A stretch of DNA of 12,069 bases from Sandaracinaceae bacterium (GTDB lineage Bacteria; Myxococcota_A; Polyangia; Polyangiales; Sandaracinaceae), in contig JBGAQA010000013.1 of the NCBI GenBank assembly GCA_044220955.1, positions 10,664 through 22,732 on the forward strand, written 5' to 3'. This document shows, piece after piece, positions 1 to 7,300 of the stretch. The notes under the pieces are model-generated. The model was not told the DNA's origin, did no database searches, and saw only the letters and a program-made list of their open reading frames with translations. How positions within the stretch are numbered: position 1 is the stretch's first letter; each line of letters starts with the position of its first letter. The translations under genes and the position numbers were made by a program.

Positions 1-104
1 GAGCCCCGCTGCGCGGCGAGCGCCTCGTCCACGTCCGCGGGCGTGATGATCTGCGCCGCGACCAACATGTCACCCAGGCGAAGGCGGGTCGGAAGCTCGG
101 TCAT
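1..104 (-). CDS. 5' portion of an MshEN (GspE/PilB N-terminal, c-di-GMP-binding) domain protein; continues beyond the left edge
   Basis: Manual translation of the minus strand from ATG at 104 gives MTELPTRLRLGDMLVAAQIITPADVDEALAAQRG..., matching the MshEN consensus RLGxxLLxxGLIxxxxLxxxLxxQ (G replaced by Q). No stop before the edge; GC-rich third positions. Confidence 0.8.
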   Translation of the reverse strand, partial: MTELPTRLRLGDMLVAAQIITPADVDEALAAQRG

Positions 105-240
105 GGTGTCTCACTCGCGCGGAGGGCGCGCGATCGGATCGTGGCAGAGGCCCGGACCCGACCCGAAATTCCCTGCCAGGGGGCCCCCTCGACCTTCGAG
201 CGGCTTGCCCCGGGGCCGCTCTGGCATCACGGATGGGCCG

Positions 241-1107
241 ATGGGCGAAGAGGAGCTGCGACAAGGAGACCACGCCGTGGCGGCCGTCTCGAACGACGGT
301 GCGTTCCGCGTGATCGTGGTGCGCGCGACCGAGACGGCGCGCGGCGTGATCGCGGCGCAGCGGGTGCAGGGCAAGACGGCCGAGGATCTCGCCGGCCTCG
401 TGACGGGAACGTTGCTCGTGCGCTTGACGATGTCGCCGGCCTACCGCGTTCAGGGGATCGTGCGGGGCGCGGACAAGAAGGGCCTGCTCGTCGCCGACTC
501 GTTCCCCGATGGTGGGACGCGCGGGCTGGTCAAGCAGGCCGAGGCGCCGCTGACGATCGGCGAGGGCGCGCTCATGCAGATGATGCGCTCGCTTCCGAAC
601 GGCTCGACCCATCAGGGCACGGTCGAGGTCAGCCGCGAGCACGGCGTCTCGGGCGCGCTGATGAGCTACATGCTCGAGTCCGAGCAGGTCACCTCCGCGA
701 TCGGCGTCGGCGTCGTGACGAGCGACGCCGGCGTGGCCATCGCTGGCGGCTACGTCGTGCAGCTCCTGCCAGAGTGCACCGACCCGCCGCTCGCGATCAT
801 GTACGAGCGACTGCGGACCGACTTCGCCGATCTGCCGACGATGCTCACCGCGCTCGGGGGCGAGCCGCGCGCGCTCCTGTCCGAGATCCTCTACGGGATG
901 CCGTACACGCAGACGCAGGAACACGAGCTCGCCTACCGCTGCCGCTGCTCCAGCGAGCGTGTGCTCGCGAGCCTCGCCACGGTGGGCCGCTCGGACCTCG
1001 AGGACATGATGCGGGCGGCCGAGCCGCTCTTCATCACCTGCGACTACTGCAACACCCCCTACGAGGTCGCGCCCGAGGCGCTCCGGGGCCTGGTCACCGC
1101 GAGCTGA
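241..1107 (+). CDS. hslO: Hsp33 family redox-regulated molecular chaperone (288 aa)
   Basis: N-terminal DHAVAAVSNDGAFRVIVVRATE, internal YMLESEQV and AGGYVVQLLP motifs, and the C-terminal zinc-switch CRCS...CDYC. ATG at 241 gives the typical family length; the extension to 43 overlaps the MshEN gene and is low-complexity. Confidence 0.95.
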   Translation: MGEEELRQGDHAVAAVSNDGAFRVIVVRATETARGVIAAQRVQGKTAEDLAGLVTGTLLVRLTMSPAYRVQGIVRGADKKGLLVADSFPDGGTRGLVKQAEAPLTIGEGALMQMMRSLPNGSTHQGTVEVSREHGVSGALMSYMLESEQVTSAIGVGVVTSDAGVAIAGGYVVQLLPECTDPPLAIMYERLRTDFADLPTMLTALGGEPRALLSEILYGMPYTQTQEHELAYRCRCSSERVLASLATVGRSDLEDMMRAAEPLFITCDYCNTPYEVAPEALRGLVTAS

Positions 1108-2798
1108 CGCGCGCCGCGCCGGCGCGCGAGCCACGCGAGGCCGAGGCCGGCCAGCACGAGGACGCCGCTCGACGAGCCCGAGGCTCCCGCGCGGCACGCG
1201 CACCCGGCCGAGCGCGCTCGGCCGCCGGCGGCATCCGGCGCCACCGTGGCGTCGGCCGACGTGCCCGTGTCCGCGGCCCCGCCGCCATCGCTGCCCGCGT
1301 CGTTCATGCCCGCGTCCGCCGGGGCGCTGCCCGCGTCGGCGCCCGCATCGGCGCACGAGCCGGTGTTGCTGCACTGGTGGGTCGTCGTGTCGCAGGTGTC
1401 GGTCGTGCACGGATCGAGGTCGTTGCAGTCCGGCGCGGCCGCGCAGCAGTTGGGCACGGGATCGAACGTGCAGACGCCTCCCGGTCCGGTACACGCGTCC
1501 GTCGTGCAGAGGTCGCCGTCGTCGCAGTCGGCGGACGCGTTGCAGCAGGCGGGCGCGGCGGTGAGCGTGTGCGTGCACATCGGCGTCGCCTCGACGCATG
1601 CGTCGACGGTGCACGCGTTCGTGTCCGCGCAGTCGACCGCGCCGCTGTGGACGCACGCGCCGCCCATGCACATCTCGGTGCCGTTGCACACCATGGTGTC
1701 GTTGCAGGCCGTACCGTTCGCCGCGAACACGTCGGTCGGACACCCGGGAGCCGTCCCGTCGCAGACCTCGTGCACGTCGCACACGCCGGTCGCCGCGCGG
1801 CACTCGGTGCCGCTCGGCCGGATCACGTCCCCCGGGCAGGCCGTCGACATCCCGTCGCAGATCTCGGCCGGGTCACAGCCGCCCCCCGACGCCCGGCACG
1901 AAGTGCCGCTCGTCGCCACGCGCGGGACGCACGCGCCGCTGCCGTCGCAGAGATCCGGCAGGTCGCAGGCGCCCGATCCCGCGGCCGCGCAGGTCGTGGT
2001 CGCCGACGCGAACTGGCAGTTCGTCTGGCAGCCGCAGGTCGTCGTGCCGTTCGACGCGCCGGTGTCGCAGGCCTCGCCCGTGTCGGGCGTCCCGTTTCCG
2101 CATGCGGCGGGCATCGACGTGATCGAGATGTCGTCGATGCCGACCCACTCGTCGGCGCCGGCCGCGTTGGCGGTGATCACCCGCACCTGCACGATCGGCT
2201 GGTTCTCGCAGGCGGCCGGCAGCGTGACGCTGACGGGGCTGACCTGCGTCGCCGCGCCGACCGTGGTCGCGTCCGCGACGTAGCCGGCCGCGAGGTTGGT
2301 GAACATGCCCGTCGTGCCCACCCGGTACTGCAGGGCCACGCGCTGGATCGCGTCGTCGGTGCTCGCGTCGATGTCACGGAGGCTGTACGCGACGACGACG
2401 CTCGCCCGTCCGACCGTGGTGATCGTGAACACGACGTTCGGGGCGCCCGCGGTGCCGCTGCCCTGGAGCGCGATCACCGGGTTGGCGATGCCGTCGAACT
2501 CCGTGACGCCGCCCGACGCGAACGTGTCGGGGTTGGCGTGGTTCGCGTAGACCTGCAGCACCTGCGTCCCCTCGCCCAGCAGCGTCTGCGGGTCGGCCGT
2601 CCCGGAGGTGCCCATCCCGGCGCCGTTGTAGCCGGCGATGCCGGGCACGCCCGTCCAGACGTTGTCCGCCGTGATCAGCGTCGTGGTCGTCCAGCTCTGC
2701 ACGAACGGCTGGGTCTGGGGCGTCGTGTCGGCCCTGACGCGCGCGGCGACGGTGAGTAGGACCAGGAGCGAGACCGAGGCGCGAAGAAGCATACGCAT
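1059..2798 (-). CDS. Secreted Cys-rich cell-surface protein with MYXO-CTERM sorting signal
   Basis: Signal peptide (MRMLLRASVSLLVLLTVAARVRA|D), ~205-aa beta-rich head ending WVGIDDISIT, CGNG...GEACD motif, three disintegrin-like repeats, CxDxxxCTxDxC repeats, DAG-rich linker, then SAGCACRAG..VLVLAGLGLAWLARRR. Start could be ATG 2798, ATG 2792 or TTG 2804. Confidence 0.92.
   Translation of the reverse strand: MRMLLRASVSLLVLLTVAARVRADTTPQTQPFVQSWTTTTLITADNVWTGVPGIAGYNGAGMGTSGTADPQTLLGEGTQVLQVYANHANPDTFASGGVTEFDGIANPVIALQGSGTAGAPNVVFTITTVGRASVVVAYSLRDIDASTDDAIQRVALQYRVGTTGMFTNLAAGYVADATTVGAATQVSPVSVTLPAACENQPIVQVRVITANAAGADEWVGIDDISITSMPAACGNGTPDTGEACDTGASNGTTTCGCQTNCQFASATTTCAAAGSGACDLPDLCDGSGACVPRVATSGTSCRASGGGCDPAEICDGMSTACPGDVIRPSGTECRAATGVCDVHEVCDGTAPGCPTDVFAANGTACNDTMVCNGTEMCMGGACVHSGAVDCADTNACTVDACVEATPMCTHTLTAAPACCNASADCDDGDLCTTDACTGPGGVCTFDPVPNCCAAAPDCNDLDPCTTDTCDTTTHQCSNTGSCADAGADAGSAPADAGMNDAGSDGGGAADTGTSADATVAPDAAGGRARSAGCACRAGASGSSSGVLVLAGLGLAWLARRRGARQLAVTRPRSASGATS
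1116..1205 (-). other. MYXO-CTERM sorting signal (GC motif, TM helix, Arg cluster)
   Basis: GCACRAGASGSSSGVLVLAGLGLAWLARRR read from the 1059..2804 ORF. Confidence 0.88.
1353..2102 (-). repeat. Cys-rich protein repeat stalk (myxobacterial CGNG repeat, 3 disintegrin-like repeats, CxDxxxCTxDxC repeats)
   Basis: CGNGTPDTGEACD; CAAAGSGACDLPDLCDG, CRASGGGCDPAEICDGMSTACPGD, CRAATGVCDVHEVCDGTAPGCPTD; CADTNACTVDAC, CDDGDLCTTDAC, CNDLDPCTTDTC. Confidence 0.85.
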
Positions 2799-2880
2799 GC
2801 GCAAGAGACTACTCGGGGAAGCGCCGCCGCTCTAGGTCGGTCACGGTAACGTTGCTCGCGTCGCTCACGAAGGCTGAACC

Positions 2881-4183
2881 ATGAGACATCACCTCGCCGC
2901 CTCCTTGCTTGCTCTCGCCACGTTCGTGCCCTCGCTCTCGCTCGCGCAAGACGCCGCGACCGCCTCCGAGGAGGACGCGCCTGCGCCTCCGGTCGCGTCT
3001 GCGGCTCCGTCCGAGGAGCTCGAGGTGCCCGCCGCGCTCGCGACGCCTCCTCCGACTCCGACATCGAGCGGGGATGTGGCCGCGCCGACCGAGTCCGCGT
3101 GCGCGCAGAGCGTGTACGCCCGCGCGCGCGCGTCGGTGGTGCGCGTCGAGTCGGGCACGCGCGTCGGATCCGGCTTCCTCGTCGTCGACGCCTCCCACGT
3201 GATCACGTCGTTCCGGCTGGTACGCGACGGGCACGGCGTGCGTGTCGTCGACCCCGACGGCAACGCGCGCAACGCGAGCGTGATCAACACCGCGGGCGAC
3301 GACGACCTCGCGATGCTCGAGCTGGCCTCGCCGCTGCCGGGCGTGCCGCTGCCGATCGCGAGCTGGGAAGCCGTGCAGGTCGGTATCCCCGTCGTCGCGC
3401 TCGCCCACTCGCTCGTAGGCGCGCGCCACCGCGTGATGGGCGGGCCGCAGACGGACGGCCTCTTCGACTGGGCCGTCGCGGCGGGGGTCGTCAGCGCGGT
3501 CGGTGATCGCTCCATCCAGACCGACATCGCGCTCGACGGCGGTAGCTCCGGCGGCCCGATCCTCGACTGCACGGGGCACGTCGTCGCCGCGGTGTCGATC
3601 GCGTTCGCGGGCATCGACCAGGTCGTCTACCTCGGCTCGGGCGTGCCTGCGCTGGCCGACCTCGTCTCGAGGGTCGAGCACCCCGAGGGGTACGGCGGAC
3701 GCGTGGCGTTCTTCTTGCGGCCTCGGCGTGGCCACGGCGTTCGAGGACCCGGGCTGGGTCTACGGCGGCTATCTGCAGGTCGGCCTCACGGCGCTCGACG
3801 CGTTCGTGCTGAGCGGTCGCTTCCACTACCTGATGCGCTCGGACGAGCCCTCGGGCGTCGGGACGCTCTCGTCCCAGACGGACCGACTCCGAGGAGATGC
3901 CTACGCCGGCTGGCGACAGCTCGTCACGCTCGGGCCCGGGATGGGCTTCCACTTCGAGCTTGGCCTCGGCGCCTCGGTCTCGAGCGTTCACGACACCGCG
4001 CGCGTGGCGACCATCGACGCCGGCATGATCCGGATCGCGACGACCGAGCACCAGCTCTGGGCGCCGCGGCCGATGGCCATCCTCAACCTCCAGTTCGGCT
4101 GGTTCACCATCAGCTACACGGCGGAGTGGGACACGACCCGCATGAACGTCATGCACCTGTTCGATCTGGGCTTCCGTCTCTGA
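2881..4183 (+). CDS. Secreted trypsin-like (S1/HtrA-type) protease homologue with C-terminal outer-membrane beta-barrel-like domain; frameshifted (+1) near 3709-3719, ~433 aa if repaired
   Basis: Signal peptide and Pro/Ala linker, SVVRVES..GSGF, DLAML and GSSGGPILD motifs in the 2881 frame. After ...GGRVAFF the GC3 codon bias moves to the 3503..4183 frame (GGC CTC GGC GTG GCC ACG GCG TTC...), which encodes alternating aromatic/hydrophobic strands ending HLFDLGFRL*. Could be a pseudogene or a sequencing error. Confidence 0.82.
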
Positions 4184-4259
4184 CCGAGCCTCCCATCCCG
4201 GCCACCCTGTGACCTGACGCGGGGGGCATACCTCTTTCTCCGGCCCCTCCGGCGCGAGC

Positions 4260-4288
4260 TTTCCAGCCTCGCAGCGCTTGTGTAGGAT
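4260..4288 (+). promoter_or_regulatory. Possible sigma70-type promoter for the kinase-TPR gene
   Basis: TTTCCA (4260-4265), 17-nt spacer, TAGGAT (4283-4288); each box matches 4/6 of consensus, ~90 nt upstream of ATG 4380. Confidence 0.3.
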
Positions 4289-4333
4289 TCGCCTCCCCCG
4301 GGGTTACCCGAGCCGTTTCGGGTGTCCTTTCGA

Positions 4334-4359
4334 TCCTTTACTGGCCTCCTTCACTGGCC
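4334..4359 (+). repeat. Tandem 13-nt direct repeat in the leader of the kinase-TPR gene
   Basis: TCCTTTACTGGCC (4334-4346) immediately followed by TCCTTCACTGGCC (4347-4359), 12/13 identical; partial third copy TCCTTT at 4325-4330. Confidence 0.75.
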
Positions 4360-4379
4360 CCGGGCTGGACGCGAACGCC

Positions 4380-7300
4380 ATGACGACGACCGACATCCTG
4401 CGCGGTGAGCTCGAGCGCCTGTTCGAGCTCGAGGACATGAAGGCCCTCTCGAGCGACCTGCTCGGCCTCGCCCCCGACGACGTGGGAGGCACCAGCGGCA
4501 AGGGCGCGTTCGCGCGCGCGCTCGTCGAGCGCTGCCTCGCGGACGGCGCGATCGTCGCGCTCGCCGACGCGATGAGCTTCTCGAAGAAGGGCGTGAAGGC
4601 CGACATCGATCTCTACACGCGCGCAGAGGATCTCGCGCCCGGGACGACGCTCGGCGGGTTCAAGATCGCCAAGAAGGTCGGCGAGGGCGGGACCGGGATC
4701 GTGTACCTGGCCGACGGTGAAGGCGCCGGCGCTCCGGCTGGCGAGAAGGTCGCGCTCAAGGTGATGCGTACGACGCACGCGCGCGATCGCGCGACCGTGC
4801 AGCGCTGGTCGACGGCCATGCGAGCGGCGGGACGGATCGACGAGCCGACGCTCGGGCGCGTCGTCGGGGTCGGGCGCCTCGAGGACGGACGACCCTGGGC
4901 GGCCACGCGCTTCGTCGAGGGGCAGTCGCTCGGCGCGCGCATCGCGCGGACCGGGCCGATGCACTTCAACGAGGCCCGCCCGATCCTGCGCGGCGTGCTG
5001 CAGGCGCTCGAGGCGCTGCACGCGCGCGGCCTGGCGCACGGCAACGTGAAGATGGAGAACGTCTTCATCGTCCGGCCCACCGCCGAGGGGAAGATGACGA
5101 ACGAGCCCACCGGGGTGCTCGTCGATCTCGGGGCCGATCGGCTGCTCGTGCGGCGTCCGGCCGCCACGGCCTCGGAGAGCGGTGTCGTCCCGGTCGCGGG
5201 GAGCGCCAAGGCGTTCGCGCCCGAGCAGGCGAAGATCGGTGCGGCTACGCCCTCGTCCGACGTCTACGCCGTGGGCGCGCTCATGTTCGAGGTCCTCACG
5301 GGCAAGCCCCCGTTCGCTGGCTCGGCGATCGAGGTCGTCGCGCAGCACCTCACCAAGGAGCCCGACGCGCCGAGCAGCGTCGCGCCGCGCGGGTGGGTGA
5401 GCAAGGAGGTCGACGCGATCGTCCTGCGCGCGCTCGAGAAGAGCCCCGCTTCCCGTTACGGCCTGGCCACCGAGCTGCGCGAGGCGATCGAGTCGATCGG
5501 TCGCGCGTCGATCCCGCCCGAGGCTCGCAGGAAGGAAGCGCTCGATCAGAGCGCGTTCGACAGGGCCGTCGACTCGCTCGCCGCCGACCCGGGGAACGAA
5601 GACCTCGCGACCGCGCTCGAGAAGGTCGCGCAGCCCGCCGAGGAGTGGACCAAGCTCGCCGAGAAGCTCCGCGAGGTGTCCGGTCTCGCAGAGGAGAAGG
5701 AAGCGAAGAAGTCGCTGCTCTTCCGCGCGGCGCGCATCCTCGAGAACGACGCCAAGGACGACAAGGGCGCCGACGAGTGCTACCGCGAGATCCTCGAGAT
5801 CGACGCCGAAGACGACATCGCGCGCATCGGTCTCGAGGAGCTGAAGCGGCGCAGCGGCGACGCGGAGGGGCTCGTCGAGCTCTTGCTCGAGAAGGCCGAG
5901 CGCGAGGAGGTCCCCCACGATCGCGCCGTCATCCTGCGCGAGATCGCCGAGACGTACGAGACCGGTCTCAAGGACGACGCGAACGCCTTCGTCGCGTGGA
6001 CGCAGGCTCTGACGGAGGACCCGCGCGACGAGCGCACGGCGCGCGAGATCGAGCGCCTCGCAGCGGGCAAGAACGAGCGCTGGAACGAAGCGATCCAGAG
6101 CCTCCACGAGTCCGCGTCGGCGACCGACGATCCGACGCGCAAGGTCGCCATGTTCGTCCTCATGGGCCGCTGGTACGGCGAGCGGATCGGCCGTCCGGAC
6201 TTCGCGCTGCCCTGCTACAGCCAGGCGCTGCAGATCGACCCGCAGAACGAGGGTGCGCTCGACGGATCGGTCGAGCTCTACCGAAAGGCGCAGAGCTACC
6301 CCGAGCTGGTCGGTCTGCTCCTGCGCCGCGCCGAGATCTCCACCTCGCCCGTGCGGCAGCGCGACTTCAAGGCGGAGGCCGCCGAGATCGTCCAGCGCAA
6401 GCTCGGTGACCAAGCCCGCGCGGCCGATCTCTTCGAGCAGGTGCTGGCCGCCGACCCGGCCCATCCGAAGGCGACCGAGGCGCTCGAGACGATCTACGCC
6501 GAGAAGAAGCAGTGGCCCGAGCTCGCCAAGCTCCTCGAGAAGAAGGCGTCGAGCCAGCGCGGGGCCGCTCGGATCGAGACGCTCTCGGCCATCGCCGAGC
6601 TCTACGAGGACCGGCTCGCGGATCCGGATCGGGCGACGGCGCAGTACGAGGCGGTCATCGCCGACGACCCGCGGAACATCGCGGCGCTCAAGGGGCTCGA
6701 GCGGATCTACTCCCAGAAGGGCAAGTACGACGATCTGCTCACGAACCTGCGCACGCAGCTCGAGACCGTCGCCACGCCGCGGCAGCGCATCAGCATCCTG
6801 GAGCGCATCGGCGGGATCCTCGAGGAGGAGTTCGTCGATCACAAGCGCGCGGCCGAGACCTTCGAGGAGATCGTGAACATCGAGCCCGGGCACGAGGGCG
6901 CCAACACCCAGCTCGCGCACCTCTACCGCAAGCTCCAGCGCTTCGACGACCTCGCCAAGACGCTCGAGCGGCACGGCCTCGGCTCGACCGACGAGAAGCG
7001 CAAGATCTCGCTCCTGCTCCAGTCGGCACGTGTGCTCACGGTCGACGTCGGCGCGCCCCAGCGGGCGATGCAGATGGCCGAGCGCGTGCTCGGCGTCGAG
7101 CCGAAGAACTCCGAGGCGCTCGAGCTACTCGCTCGCCTGCAGCATCAGACGGGCGATGCGAAGTCCGCGATCGACTCGGTCCGAAAGCTGGCGCAGGCCG
7201 AGGGCGACGCCAAGCGCAAGGCCGAGCTGCTCGTGCGTGTCGCGAAGATGCACGAGGACGCGGGCGACAAGGACGCGGCGATCGCGGAGTACAAGGCCGC

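Noticed and set aside
43..240. N-terminal extension of Hsp33 in the ORF track
   Set aside because: Overlaps the MshEN gene and divergent intergenic region; Hsp33 similarity begins after ATG 241.
105..240. TGGCA elements as sigma54 promoters; GC hairpin at 198-221
   Set aside because: No TTGC at the required GG-N10-GC spacing; short GC hairpins are expected by chance.
141..2759. Long ORFs 141..2759 (+), 70..1803 (-) and 1246..2283 (+)
   Set aside because: Arg/Ala-rich or antisense shadows of hslO and the MYXO-CTERM gene, expected in high-GC DNA; no domain motifs.
3705..3725. Canonical programmed ribosomal frameshift signal
   Set aside because: No in-frame CUU-stop (prfB-type) site or X XXY YYZ heptamer; in-frame codons are TTC TTC TTG.
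1059..4183. Calling the pair traA/traB
   Set aside because: Head domain is not recognisably PA14-like, the genes are divergent, and the barrel gene lacks TSP3 repeats and an OmpA C-terminal domain.
3718..4212. Arg-rich C-terminal tail of ORF 2881..4212
   Set aside because: Out-of-frame read-through after the frameshift; codon bias favours the frame ending at 4183.
4149..4229. 26-aa minus-strand mini-ORF (MPPASGHRVAG...) with upstream GGAG
   Set aside because: Poor codon bias, overlaps the barrel C-terminus antisense, no recognisable features.
4278..4379. TTG start and 34-aa extension of the kinase-TPR gene
   Set aside because: Atypical codon usage, overlaps the putative promoter/leader; the helical domain starts at ATG 4380.
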